The position numbers were made by a program, and so were the translations under genes. DNA of 64,000 bases. It comes from Vicugna vicugna (taxonomy: Eukaryota). The notes below the pieces were generated by a model. It saw only the letters and a program-made list of their open reading frames with translations, was not told the origin of the DNA and searched no databases. Location of the stretch: positions 1,798,001 to 1,862,000 of the forward strand of contig MU058221.1 of assembly GCA_013265495.1 (NCBI GenBank), read 5' to 3'. Position 1 is the first letter of the stretch, and each line of letters starts with the position of its first letter. Below, one piece after another: positions 35,701 to 49,777 of this stretch.

Positions 35701-38159
35701 GCATGAACTGCTGCACAGAAACTAGGATCTGCATGCAGCAAGAGGATTTGGGGTAGGAGACCTAAGGCAGGAAGAGGATGTTTGGGGAAGTACAAGTTTA
35801 CTTTCTAATGTTTCATCACGTAACATGAAACACAGAAAATGGATGTTAAAAAAAATTCCTGAGCTAGTTTGCCCTGCTGTCTTTTTTTTTTCTTTTACTT
35901 TATTGAGGAATAATTGACAAATCTAACTGAATATATCTAAAGTGTACAAGGTGGTGACTTGATGCACACACGCACTTGGAATGATTATAACACACCCGTC
36001 CCCCCACTATGCCGATGTCAGGTCCTCAGCGCTGCCTTGAGCATTAACATGTGGTGCAAGTAAGTGGATTCAGCAGCCATAACAACATCGCACTCACTTC
36101 GGTGCTGAGAACCGTCTCTTGGATTCCATCTGATTTGAAAAACAGTCTCTGGTCAATCAAATACCGCCAGTCCCTTGCTGAAGGCGGTGCGTGGGGCTGT
36201 CTGCCTTTCTGGGCGCAGCCAGCGGCACACAGAAAAGCTTTCTTGTGCCTGCACGGCGCCCCTGCTTCCGGTGGTAACAAGCAACTGCCATCTTTGAAAG
36301 AAGGACAGAGAGGGAGAGGGGAGACCAGGCACTGTCATCCGGGCCTGTTCATAATCGCGGCCGTCCCGGGAGTGGGAAGGGCCCAGAGGAACCGGATGGC
36401 TCTCAGAGGCGACGCGTGACCACGACCCGGTAGCACTGAGCAACCGAGATCGGCCCCGGGACGGAGCGCTGGTCTCCGCAGCCTCCCCAGGATTTACAGG
36501 AGTCGGGGAGGAGTCGACGATGGAAACAATCAGAGAAAATTACCGAGCCGTCTTCCGCGCTGCTTTAATTGAAAAGCCTTTCATCGGCTTCAGCTTAAAC
36601 GTCTCTTTCCTCGGTCTTAAAAGTAACTACGGAATCTTCTAGTGCTTTTTCGCATTGGTAGTTGGGAGAATTTGGGTTTTGTTTCCAGGCATCACAAGGA
36701 AAGCAGTTCATACACTTTCCCCGGCTGTTTGAATGAATACTTCTCCTTCCTCTTTTACCTCTTTCTGCAGTAACGCACGTCAGTTTGGGTTATCCAAAAC
36801 CAGCTAGAATGTCAAACACTTTGAAATAAAGGTTATAAGGAACGTGGATGTCAGAGGGTCTCTGACAGACACCAAACGAGATGAATATAAACAATGGATG
36901 CACTAGGAGGCACGCAGGGTGTTAGGTGCTCAGGACACCTGAGAGGAAGTTACTTTGATGTCTTTAAAAGGCAGAGTCAGTGTGACTGCAAGGCTGCGCA
37001 CTCTCTCTCCACTCGCTCCGTATCCTCTTGGTGCCTTTGCCTGAACTAACCCCACTGCTCACAATCCGTCCTTCCCGACCTCTCCTTGTCAAAATCCTAC
37101 TGAGTTTCAAGAGCAGCCACCTTGTCTCTGCGATCTCTAACCTCGCTACTCACCAAAGACCAGATTAGATGACATGCGTACGGGTTTGTGTCCCAATTGT
37201 GGTCCAGTGTCACATACAAGCCACACGAAAAAGCCTTTGTTATCAAAAAGAATAGGATGTTGGTGCCACAAAGGTCACGGGGCAATCTCATTTCTTGGGT
37301 CTCAAATGCAATTGTGGGTGAGGGTCCATCACGCAAAGGGAATCTGGGATAAGGTAGCAGTTATCTGCACAGGCATGGGGTTCCTATTACCTGTTTATAT
37401 TGTGCTCTTTTTTTTTTTCACCATGATTTGCTCGTTTTATGGAAACTCATTATGTTTCCATCTTCCGTCACGAGATAGGAGAAAGCTGAGCTCGTGGTAT
37501 GTCGGTGCTGGGTCTCGGGGCCAGTGTCACCATGTAGCTCTGCACGGCTCCCTGATGAACATCCAGGAGACACTATGAGGGGAGGCCTGAGCCAGGCTAC
37601 TCGTGGGCTGCTACCAGCCACGAAGGCTGCCCTCTGACTTCAGAGCAACCGATACACGTAATTCACCTTTCCCCTCACGCCCCCTCTCCTAGCTGTGTTC
37701 CAGCCACAAATAGGCTGCTCGGGTGAAAACCAAATATCAGAAACTACTCCTCTGGAGGAGCCAGCAGTGTGCATCCTGGTCCCTAAAGCTGGCTGTCTGG
37801 CAGCGTCCTGTGATGAGTCTGGTTGCCCCACGTCTGAGCGTTCTTCCCCTGACTAGGGACAACCTTTCCTGGGCACAGACATCACTGGTTAACACAGAAG
37901 AGTCGAAGTGAGATGCTCGTGTTCTCAGCCTCCCTTGCTGCCAGCCACCACACCCACCCTAGACTGAATCTGGGTTTTTGAGAAGGAAGGAAGAAAGGGA
38001 TGTTTGGTGTGCCCCGGGTGTCAGTGAGAGGCACGGGGCTCACGCTCTGTGGTGTCACAGCAAGGGAGCAGCAGGGACAGTTCTGAGCTATGGTTCAGGG
38101 TGTTTTGCAGGTGCCCTCTGAGCTGCAATGTTATGAGCACGCAGTGTATTTTTGACACT

Positions 38160-38552
38160 GTTTTTTGAGGTGTAATTTCCAAACCATATAAGGTTTATGG
38201 AGTCGTGCGTTCACCACCTGAACGCACATTTCCATCACCTGAGAAAATCTCTCATGCCCGTTGGCAGCTCACCCTGGTTCTGACCCCCAGCCTTAGGCAG
38301 CTATTAAGTTCCAGTCCATCTTTATAGATTTGCCTTCTGGATATTTCCCATAAACACAATCTTGCAATATGTGGTCTTTTGCCTCCAACCTTTTTCACTA
38401 GCTAATCATGTCTGAAGTCTATCCATGCGTGTGTCAGAACCTTGATTCTTTTATTGTTAACTGGTATCCCACTGATGGCTTTAGTGTGTTCATACGATAG
38501 GTTTTGGACATGCGGGGTGCTTTCACTTTGGGGCTGCTATGAATGACGCTGC
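38160..38552 (-). mobile_element. Old L1M 3' fragment
   Basis: ccccagccttaggcagcta, tagatttgccttctggatatttc, tttcactttggggctgctatgaat. Confidence 0.7.
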
Positions 38553-40362
38553 CTTTACACAGGACTTCCAATCACATGCCTTCTTCGTGCCTCTGGAGGA
38601 GATTCCATTCCTTGCAACCGAGATTCCTAGTGAATTGGGGAAACTTTCAAAAGTGCGATTCCCTGGAATCCACCAGAACTGCTAAACCACCATCTTCACG
38701 TCTGAGACCCAGGAGTCGTTTAATAAGCAGCGCGCGTGACCCGACTCTGTGAGACAACATCTGACAGCCGCTGGTGGAAGAGAGAGGCTCTTCCCCGCCT
38801 GTGTGCCTTTGATTGTACTTTTCCTCCACCCAGAGTACCTTTCCACAATATCCTACTCCTAAAAGCTCAGGACCTTACATGTTCCTTTAAATAAAAACAG
38901 CATATTCCCTTAATTTGAAATAAGAATTCCCTCTCCGCAATCCCATCACACGCTCCATCTTAGTTACCAAAGCTTGACTTATTTAATGTTTTCTCACATT
39001 TGACATTTTCCCCCTCCTTTCATGTTGAAACCTAAAAGCTTCAAGACAAAGCATGCTCCCAGAAAAATATTTTCGCCTTTAAATGCACTGTAAACTCGAT
39101 TCCCACCTCTGTGTTCGCTAACCTCGATTTATCTAATCATTCCTTGTGTCCCTTTCTGCGTGCCCTGTTTGTTTTTAGGCTTCTTGACAATGGGGATCAT
39201 ATCTTTCTTAGAGGGCAGTAAAATTGTCTGGGTTTTTTAATTAATTAATTTATTTATTCATATTGCCATCACCCCTCCCCCAGTGACACTGAGGCAACCA
39301 ATGTATGGTTAACACTGGGAGAAACATTGGTCTCAAGAAGATGCTGGGGTCAAAAATCACATGCTTCCTGAGAGGCTGTCTCTGTTTTAGTTTTTAGTTT
39401 TAATTTTCCTTTCAAAATAATTCACCTGCTTTTATCTTGAGGCCTTCCCTGAGTTCCCTGGAAGTCTGAAGAATCGAGTCTTAGCTCCTAACCGAGTGTT
39501 CCGAGCGCCTACACCTGTCCTGGGTCACCTTGCTGGGCTCTGGGCAAGGGGTTTGGTCAACCTCCCTCTTAATTCTGAGCATTTAAAACCTGAGGTTTTT
39601 GTTCTCTTTTTCTCTCTTCTGACCTTGTTATTAATGCTCTTTTGTTGAGCTATTTAATAAGCTCTCTACCTGCCGTTCTGCTCATCAGGGGTTCCCGTCT
39701 CCATTCCAAACTTGCTTCTGAGTCACCGCGGGTCACATTTTAACCATAAGGAGCCAGCATGAGAGAAGAAAGAGCCAAGAGCCAAGATCCCACCCAGAGC
39801 AGAGCACTGAGGTGAAGTCAGCATTTGGAAAACGGATGCAGCTTCAGCACTTGGGTCTAGAGGCACAGCTGCAGGGCCAAACATCAAGACCAAGGGGGCA
39901 CCAGCTTCATGGTCTGGGCCGCAGCACACGTGGGCACGGATGCTTCCAACCAGGCGTGTCGCCCAGCCAAGAATCAGACAGGCCGCCAGTGGTAAGGTTG
40001 GAAACTCTGTCCAAAGGAAGCAGAACTTCAAAGACCTGGACTGATGAGAGGGGTTGAGGTCTAGACCGGCCGTGGTGAAGGCAGCCAGTGGGGCTCGCTA
40101 ACGTTGGAGTAGACTTTCTGGGAAGGCGCTGGTTCCAGAAAAGAGCTGGGCTGGTAGAACACCACTGGAAACTAAAGATCGTAGCAAATCTGCAGAAGGA
40201 GCCACAGCCAGGTATGGTGGGGGGGAGAGAGACCATAAGAACCTGCTATAACCAGAAAGCCACATGGAACGGACATTGCGGGTGGCAACAATACGCCATC
40301 AGATTCCCCATCTTCCTTTTTTTTTCCTTTTTTTTTAAAGTTCCCAAACCTAGGGAGCTGGG

Positions 40363-40363
<1 letters not shown>

Positions 40364-40402
<39 letters not shown>

Positions 40403-40406
40403 TTTT

Positions 40407-40452
<46 letters not shown>

Positions 40453-40512
40453 TTCCTTCCTTCCTTCCTTCCTTCCTTCCTTCCTTTCTTTCCTTCTTTC
40501 TTTCTCTTTCTT
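40364..40512. repeat. Compound (TTTC)n/(TTCC)n microsatellite at an L1 tail
   Basis: Directly visible; abuts the antisense L1 3' end. Confidence 0.95.
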
Positions 40513-40780
40513 ATTTACAATGTTGTAGTCATTTCTGGTGCACAGCATACTGATTCAGTTACACACACACACACACACATACACACACACATTCTTTTCC
40601 ATATTCTTTTTTATTATGAGTTACTACAAGCCACTGAATATAGTTCTCTCTGCTACACAATAGGACTCTGTTGTTGTCTATTCTTTACATAATAGTTTAT
40701 GTCAGCCAATCCCAAACTCCCAGTTTATCCCTCCCTCTCCCCTTTTCCCCAGGTAATGACGTTTGTTTTCTATCCGTATC
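40513..40780 (-). mobile_element. Young L1 3'UTR fragment with internal (CA)n
   Basis: tttacaatgttgt...tttctggtgcacagcat...cccaaactcccagtttatccct. Confidence 0.85.
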
Positions 40781-43700
40781 TTGAAGCAGGACTTAATACC
40801 TCACTCTTCTGGAAGGGAGAATGAGGCTGTTAAAATCATGTTCCAACTCGGTCAGAACTGGCCTAGAAAGCTGAAAACCCAAAAAAATACTTGAGGTGTG
40901 TGTTTCGACCTGATGACCAAGGTTATGCTGGTAGACACCGACCCCAAGACCTCAGTAGTTTAGATCTCAGCGAAGGTTTATTTGTAATTCACACCACGTG
41001 TCGGTTGCACTTTGGGGGGAGGCTGGTGATTTTGCTGCCTCAGGGGCCCAGCTCAGTGGAGCGGGTCGCCGTCTCAGAGGGGAGGAGACTTCCAGGGGGC
41101 CTTGAGTTAGCAATCAGTGGCCCAGTCTAGAATGTACAGCGATTCTCCCCTTTATGACCTACTGGCCAGAAATGGTTCCATAGCCTCATTCCAACTGCAG
41201 GGAAACCAGAACTTGCACAGAAGGTTTAGAACCAGAAATATTTGCTGAAGAGCATTATTGATTACTTGTGTCTTTCATTTTTGGAAATTACTTGTAGATT
41301 AAAAAAAATAATGAATATGAACCAAGGCTTCAAATACAAACAAATACGATGCCTCTCTTCTTTCGGTCACGTCAGGGTATCTGCGTGTAACCCCATTGCA
41401 CCACGGTGCCCAGTCTACATCCTCGCCCTGCCCTACGCCCACGCCAGGTCACTGGGCTCTGGTCTGTCGGCAAAGATTCGATTAGGGCAGAGGCAGCTCA
41501 CAACTGCTTCATTTCCTGATCTCATCAGCTCACAGCTGGGTCCTAGAACACAGTCGCTCTCCTTCCTCCCCTCCCCTCATTCCTTTGCTACCTCCTCCCC
41601 ATCTCTAACCACTATCATACAAACACTTCATAATTTGGGCTTCATCTCAACAATACTTCTTCCTGCAAAATAAAAAAATGCACCTGCATTTAATCATAAG
41701 TAACGATTGGCTCCAGACAGGCTGGACACTACCAAATTTAACCTTGTTTATAGCGCAGGGGGTTATACAATACATAGATGCACAGAAAGACCAGAATTAA
41801 AAGAATAATCTTACTTGGCAATTCTCCAGTTTATTACATAGAAATGTCTTAAAACCATTCTATTTTAAAGAAAAATTTACGAGAACATATGGATACCAAA
41901 GTAATACAAAAGTGTGTATTTTGTTTAAAAAAAACACCATAATGGTTAACATTATTTATCTTAAGTACAAGTCTGACTTGCCATATAAGCTTTCCAATTG
42001 GATATACAATTTTTGTTCATCATATAACTCAGAGCAATAGAAAAATAAGCCAAAATTTGATAGATCCAGGGGCTGTGTGCAGCCTGATAGAAACAGAAAT
42101 AAAATAGAAAATCACGCACTTAGATCCTGTACCCTTAAATTTTCATGAGATGAGAAATAGGCAAACGAGCCACCGCACTTCACAGATGAAAAACCTGGGG
42201 GAGCACCTGCAGCGCTAAGGAGTGTTCAGAAACAAGACAAAAGAGACTTTTGCACATTTTATAAATGAAAAACACAGTTCTGCCTGGTAAGTGTATGTTG
42301 TGTTAAAGGTGAATTCTTGTCATCTTCAGTCTCAGGGTAAATTTATTCAATAGAAGTTCTGTTTCCTCCCACACGTGTGTGTGTCATACACAGAAAATGA
42401 GAACGCTGACCTTGGTCGACGTCATCACTTACACAATGTGAAGGGGCGGGCTTGGGGATTTTTTTCCAACATCAGAGAAAGAGTGGCATGAGTTAAAATG
42501 TTTCCAGCCTTTCGTTGGGGTTCAGCGATGTGTCTTGTGTTCTCTTGTGTTTTGTATGAGGCTAACTTAGAAAAAGGCGTGTTTTATCATCCACAGGGTA
42601 ATAATCAAGAGTACACTTTCCATTATTCCACAATTATATTGTCAGCTGATAATCACTGTGTCAAGCAGTTAATTCTTTTCGTGATTACCTCCAAGTCAGC
42701 GTTCTAGGAAACTGCAGCCACTCCAACCACTTCCTTAAAATGCATCAAAGTCTAACTTGATAAACTATCAACAAAACCTCTTCTTTTCTCTCCAAACTCT
42801 GGGAAGCTCACCTCTTTGTCTTTGCCCTCTGAGGACCTGCTTCAACTTAGTCATCCCCCATTCTTCACACTGACGGAGACCGTAAAGAAAGGCAGCCGGA
42901 GACCTGAGTGAGAGGCGTCTACCTGGGAACGAATTAAGCTTCATTTATGCCCTTTGGCATCGCTCTGCATTTCTCTTTCCATGTTTTATTTAAAATGTGT
43001 TGGTTTAAATAGCAATAAACAAGCCACTAAGCAGAGCCCAGCTGATAATTAGATTGAATTTCATCTATTTATAAGCAGCTGGAAACATTAGCCCCGGCAC
43101 CCTGAACCTGACTATCCTTTAAACGTCATTTAAATTTCCTTCCGGCACCAGACGTAGGAGACGCCTGCTTTTCAGATTAGGGAACCAAAATTAGAGTTCT
43201 CTTCTCTTCCTTCAAATTATAGTTTCAATCCCACCCCCTCCATTAAGCTTTCTGTGATTACTTCATTCAGATGAGATGTTTTTTCTCTCTACCTTAAACC
43301 CCAACAAGGAGTTTAGAGCTTCTTCGTAGCATTGGCACACGTGGCTTGATACGGCCACTGCTTGGATAACACTTGGGCGCGGTACAGTGGAGTCAGAGTA
43401 AGTCACCACCCAAGAAACCCCTACCAATGTTTATGTGGTCAGCCGCGGTCCTCTGCTATGGCAAGTGGAGTGATAGCGGTTTTGTGTATCTTCCAGGACG
43501 GTTGTGCCATCCGAACATGACGACGCACAGAACAGACCTTCCTGAACCACGGATGCTCATGCAGAAATCATGCTTGTGTCTTTACCCTATCATCCCCATC
43601 TCCTCCAAGGAAACTGGTGCTCAGAAACTTTAATGAATAAATGAAAGAGCATATGATTGAGTTAATTGCTTGATGAATTCATTGATGAAAGAAACAGAAG

Positions 43701-44171
43701 TTCCTAAGGAGGGAGCGAGAGAGGAAACCAGTGACTGAAAGAGCAGAAGAAAGAGAGGGCAATGGAAGCGCAGAGGAAGAGAGCCCTGATTCCCCACATG
43801 AGTCCTCGCCGCTGCCCACATGTTCCACTCTTCTCCCTCCCTTCAGCGCCTGCTACCTTTTCTACAGATGCTGTAGGCATCTCTGCCTGGCATCGCTGTT
43901 GTCATTTCTGCCAACCTTTCCCAAGTCTTTACAATGGGTTCTTTTATTCAACTGTCTCAATATATATAATAAACTTGCCAAAAGTTGTCAAGTAGAACGC
44001 GGGTTTCCAATGCCAGCAACCTGACCCAAGACCCCACATTCCTGTCTCTGCCACTCCTCTGCACCTACCACGCCCTGCCTTGCTTCATCATGAACTTTGC
44101 ACATGGATGGACCTTTTCGGACACCACGCTCTCATCTCCCTAAAGGATGGATCTACGTTTTCTCACACGTT

Positions 44172-44550
44172 TGTATTAGTTTGCGAGGGCTGCTGTAACA
44201 AGACACCACAGAGTGTGTGGCTTAAACGACAGGAACTTCTTCCCTCACAATTCTGGAGGTTAGAAGTCCGAGATCAAAGTGTCAGCAGGTTTGCTTTTCC
44301 CGAGGCCTCTCTCCCTGGCTTGCAACGGCCGCCTGCTGTTTGTGTCCTCACGTGCTCTCTCCTGTGTGCACACGTATCCGGAGCATTCCTTTGCATGTCC
44401 AAACTTCCTCTTCTTACAAGATTGCATTAGACCCCATGCTTATGACCTGCTGGAACCTTGATCACCACTTTAAAGGCTACGTTAACTTTGAAGTTAGGGT
44501 TTTCACGTGTGAGTTTGGTACGAGGGGAGGCAGGCAATTCAATCCATGGC
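44172..44550 (-). mobile_element. MLT1A/MLT1C-like MaLR solo LTR
   Basis: tgtattagtttgcgagggctgctgtaacaagacaccacag...ggcttaaac...tcacaattctggaggttagaagtccgagatcaa. Confidence 0.85.
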
Positions 44551-44649
44551 AGTGCCTTTTCCAGAAGAGTTGCTGAGCAACACTTGCTCAGGGGATGGAG
44601 GAAGGTTTTGGTCAGGGGAATGGGCGTGGTTCTCATGCTTCCATGTGGC

Positions 44650-44800
44650 TGAGATGCACTAAAGTGTCCATAAACATCACAGATGTCCAAGTTCCCACAC
44701 CCCAGAATTCTAATCCAGTAGCTCTAGAGTGAAGCAGAAGGCTATGCGATTTTTAAGAAGCATCCCCAAGGCAGGGGATCTTCAAAAAAGTTCAAAACTA
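44650..44800. mobile_element. MER5A-like hAT-Charlie relic
   Basis: cccacaccccagaattctaatccagtag...gattttaagaagcatccccaag. Confidence 0.55.
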
Positions 44801-45709
44801 CGCCCAAGCAGAGAGGAGGTAAAATCTGAGAAAAGGCTTCACCTCTTGTCTGAAATCCTGGTTTGCTACCTTTTGAGTCGCTGTTTCAGTTTGCTTAAGC
44901 AAGCCAGCACATCTTGCTAAGTGATCTGTCATCATTTAACCAAATGTCAGGCCTTTTTGTTTGCTTGTTAATTGACTTGCCCCAAATGTAAACAGAAATA
45001 TTGTTTATCTTTATTTTCCTAAATTTTTAGTTCCTCTTTTCGTATTTTTCCCCTTTGGAAAGAAATCTGCTTTCCCAGGTGATTTTCCTGATTCCACCCA
45101 ATTGCTCTAGAACACGGTGGAAATCTCAGATGATGGCGACCTTTCCCCTCATATTTCCAATCCTTTCTTTCCTTATTGTCTTTAATGATAGTCTAGGCAG
45201 CAGAACTTCACTTTCATAACTTTCTGAAAGATGAAATCATCAGTAATGCAGATCAGTATTTTATCCAAATAAACACCTTTTCGTTAAATGGCATTTTGAG
45301 GAATTTCCAGATGATTGAAGCCCACTCTGAATTCGTTTCATCTCTTTTTGAGCTTTGTAAATTTAAACAGGAAAACCTCACATACTTCTTACAGGTCCCT
45401 TAATGAAAATCCTGACCTTACCTTTGAAATACAGGAGAGCGACTTGGATACAGATGTGATCAAAACTTGGGAAAGCCTTGTTCTAGGTCAAAAGCTCACT
45501 GAGGAAAACTTACTTTAAAGGGTGGGACCAGTAAGAATGCAGTACTGGTCACAAGCTTATCTGAAGCACATCCCAGTCCCAGTTAGGTGAGTCAAAGGAG
45601 GCCACTCATGAGAGCAGCAGATTGTAGCATCAATGTCAAAAAGCTCAGTGGATTTTATTCTATGTCCTGTCATTGTCAGCAGAAAAAGGCTTGGAAACCA
45701 AAACTAGAG

Positions 45710-45921
45710 CAGGGATCTGCAACCTAGAGCCTAGGGGCCCAATTCAGACTATTACGTGTGTTTTAAATAAAGTATAATCGGACACAACCATTTGTTTATG
45801 TATTGCGCGTGTCCTCCTCTCATGCTACACCAGCGACAATGAGTCGCCATGCGGAAACTGTACAAACACAGAGCCTAAAACTTGCACTACCCAGCCCTTT
45901 ACAGAAAGTCTGGCAGCCCCT
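45710..45921. mobile_element. MER58A-like hAT-Charlie MITE
   Basis: cagggatctgcaacct...gttttaaataaagt...agcctaaaac...gccctttacagaaagtctggcagcccct. Confidence 0.75.
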
Positions 45922-47859
45922 CATCTAGCGCAAGTTCCTCCGACTGTATGGAATGTGCACCTGGGTGGTGGTGGGGCGGGAGGAAATGCTCACTGATGAG
46001 GAGAAGCTGCCCCTCCAGGCTCTGGATTTGCAGTAACACGTGAGAGGGGGCGACCAGGAGGGAGCACGGACGTACCTTGTGGTGTCCCTTTGCTGACAGA
46101 ACTGCGATTCTCCCACCCGCGGGACTGGTTGTTTTAGATCGGAAACCGGTTTAAATGACCGTATGGCCCTGCTCCCTGCAGGACTACCTCCCATGTCATG
46201 CTTTTTCCTGTAGTTCCCCGATTTCTGCCCGACCCTGCTGGGCTGCCCGGACTCCCAGGCACTGCCTTCTCTGCTCAGGGTTGTTCACCCCCTCTTGGCT
46301 CCAGTTCTGACGAAGGGGAACCACTGACCTGTGTCATTCGGCTCAGTTGCTGACCGAAATCTCCTTACCCTAGTGCCGCTTTCCATCGTGGTCTGGAGAT
46401 GCAGGCGCACAGCTTTGCGCCCATGACAACATGGCGGCCGGGCCATCACGGCCACTCACGAGTGGGAGCTCCGCTGGAGGTACAACCCTTACGTGCATGA
46501 TGCCTGCACCCAGGGCCGGGCTCTGGACACGTTATCCGTTTTGGGTCTGGGTTTTTGCATTTCCCTCTGACAGTCGCTGTGCGTCTTCTGTGCTCGTTCG
46601 CTGTGACCTGAAGGGGGACCTCAGGCAGAGGGCCCGCTCCTGGCAGCACAGCTGGTTGCCCTGCGTTTCACATCAGCAGTGAATTTTCAATGATGTAAAA
46701 TGATGAGAGACCCTTCTAAAGTAAACTCTTAAAACAAGGCCCGTCTGCTGTCAAACCAGCTAATGTTTGCTGATTGAACAGGTGACAGAGAGCTAACAAG
46801 CTACATCATTAGAAAGCGTGGGGAAGGAACACGCGCTTTGAAAAGTGTCTCGGCCTTGCATTGGTTCAGGAAAACCTAAACCTAGAGCTGGCGTTCATGC
46901 CTCACACTGGGATCAAATACACCCTCTGCCGAGGGGCGGAGACTGGGGGATCAGACCCGTTACCTCTCTCCCTGGCACTCTCCAGTCCTGCAGGGCATCG
47001 ATTTCTGGAGCATAGTGACACCCGGCAGCATGCGCATCCTGCCCCTGCGGTCAGAGACTGACCGTCTGCACAGCTCGTCAAGCATCTGGGTTAGCGCAGA
47101 AGGCTGAACAAGACACTCTGGCCTTGAACCTCAGTTCAAATACGCACCGCCCACCACTCATTTCAGTAACACCCGAACGGGCACTGTGAGAGGGTGAGGG
47201 TCACTGTGGGCCACGTGTGAAGGTTGTATGCGTTTGTGCATAAAACCCTATGATGAAAATGATGACGACAGCACTGATGCCACGACGGTCGCCAGTGACT
47301 GACCGTCGCCTCTGTGTGCTGCCTACTGTGGTACTCACCATCCCCTCAGTGTAGGTAATGTCAATAACTCCCAAATTACAGAGCGCTGCATCCTTGTATA
47401 CTTTTTTTATTCTTTTCCACGGCTTTCCTTTGCAGATAAAATATCGACCGTTGCATTCAAAGTGCCAGAAGAGGAGATTTTTCCAGTGATACCTTAATAT
47501 CTCAGAAAAATCAGAATCTCGTACATCACTTCTCTGCTTATATTCCAAGGCGCATCCGGAGAAAAGTCCACCGTCTCTCTCCAGCTACACGGTTAATAAT
47601 AATAAAGAGGCGTTAAAAGGAAAAGGCCAACCGCTCTGGAAAGGTGGAAGCGTGGCTATCTGAGGGACTAGAAATATATCCTCCTAGGAATGCTAATAAG
47701 ACACAGTAAGGGGTTTGTGCTGTTTCAATATACAGGCTTCTACCATGTATACACACCAAAAACAAAAATTTCAGAAACCAAGTGTATCACGATTCTAAAG
47801 CCTTCCGATCTTTGGTAGTGTAATCGTAAATTACATAGGCTGTGATACAAGGCAAAATA

Positions 47860-48050
47860 AGATGGAGTCCTGACACTAGACTACTTGCTCCCCAATGGCC
47901 TTGGGTAAACCTGTGATCTCCCTGATTCTCAGTCTTCCCGTCTGTGAAATGGGCGACACCTACCTGCCATGCTTCCATGTGCTAACACGAGTAACAGCCT
48001 TAACACGAGCCCCAGCATATACTAGGGACTCACTTAACTGTGGTCATTAA
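47860..48050 (+). mobile_element. MIR SINE
   Basis: ggccttgggtaaacctgtgatctccctgattctcagtcttcccgtctgtgaaatggg. Confidence 0.65.
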
Positions 48051-48732
48051 TTTAACCAAGAGTTATTATTATGCTTCATATTTGCAATCTACCTTGACAT
48101 TGTTCATTTGTTGCCAGTTTTCTAAAATGTAATATTACGTACGCATGAATTTTTAGTTTAACAGATTAGAGTTTGTTGCGTGTTGTTTTGCTTTTTTGCT
48201 TAACATCACTGTGAAATATCCGAGGTCTTTTTCTGCCCGAGTGGGTTTTTCAGCCTCAGTACATAATTTAATCTTCCTTTGATCACTGACTTTCTCACAG
48301 TTCCCTGGGGACATTCATTTGAGCTTCATTTCTCATTCTTGCACACTGGAGAACGCTGTCGTGGATACAGAAGATTATGTTTGATTAGTTTCCAACCTAA
48401 GACAAAATCACTGAATTTTACTCTTCTAGTTAAAACCTCAAAGTAGACTTGTTGTCATTTGAACCAATCCAGCAAGTATTTAAGCAGTGTTTGGCATGTC
48501 TTAAGGCCATCCCGGTGCCATGACTGGTAAGAATAACAGTAAATATGATATATAATTTCTGCCTGGAAGAACTCTGAGTTTAGGTTGATACGTTTTCCCT
48601 CAATTGATGGGAGTGAACATTCATAACAAACCACTGAATCATCCCATCCTCATTAAGGAGGTTATTCTGCACGAGGTCATAAGAATCCCCATGGATTACC
48701 TCTGTGAGCCTAGGGATGGAATTCATTATAAC

Positions 48733-48908
48733 CATGCTTCTCCATCTTGAGTGTGTATCAGAATCACCTGGAGGGCTTGTTAAAAATCGTACTTCTGGGC
48801 CTCACCCCCAGACTTCTGATTCACTAGATTATGGTAAGAATTTCTATCCCTAACAAGCCCCCAGATACGCCAAAATTGATGGTCCAGGACCACATTTCGA
48901 GAACATCA
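48733..48908. mobile_element. MER5A-like hAT-Charlie MITE
   Basis: gtgtatcagaatcacctggagggcttgttaaaa...ctgggcctcacccccagacttctgattca...ggaccacatttcgagaac. Confidence 0.85.
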
Positions 48909-49777
48909 CCATTCTCTGAAGAGATGACGTGCTCTCAGCCCTGCAGGATGTATCTTCCACAAGAACTACCCCTTTAACCCCCAAGTGGGGTTTTGCTTTT
49001 CAATAGAATCTGTTCTTTATCCTCTGAAGTGTGAGCATTCCCTGGGGCTCATTCTTTGTATCTCCTTACTCCCCTTCTCTCTTGCAGGGCAGCGTCCCGT
49101 CTTCCATGTACATCTCGAAGCAGTTGGCTCTCCAGTCTCTTTCTAATTCCCCCATCTCCTTTGAGATCTCGGCTCAGAACTCCACATGTTCTTTTTCAAC
49201 AAGAATTGATGGAACAAGTGAATGAATGGATGGATGCGTGAGTATGCAACGCCTCAGAGCTGACTAAAGAAACAGAATGCTTCGGCGTGACGTCCTCGTG
49301 GCTCTAAATCCCGGCCACTCATCCAAATTAAATGTAGAAAGATGTAATTTATAATTCTCTGTGATATTTAATGGAAATAAGGAGATGGAGAAATGGGGAA
49401 GACTGAAGCTGAGCTGTAGTTGCTATAATTGCAACGAAGATTTGGAAAGCAAGCAGGCCTGTGACATTGAAAAAGTGCCAGAGTGAACTATAGGAAATTC
49501 TGATCATTCTCTGCCTTTCCCAGCAATTACTTTGACTTCCCGCAGCAGCTGAAGTTTGTATGAACCTTTTACCTCAAAACATGCTTTTCCTAATTTCTGT
49601 TACTTCCTGGAGGAATTAACAAGGATTACTGCTATTATTAAAAATTTTTTAATGTGGGTCTGAGGGTTCATATCACATGCCCATTAAATTTGCTCTTCAC
49701 ATCTCTCCTTTGTGCCTCAGAATTATATTAATTTACCTGGCCTCAGTCATAATATAGTTCTAAAGGATCTTGATGGC

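Noticed and set aside
40088..40548. FFLS/KERK repeat ORFs
   Set aside because: Translations of a microsatellite
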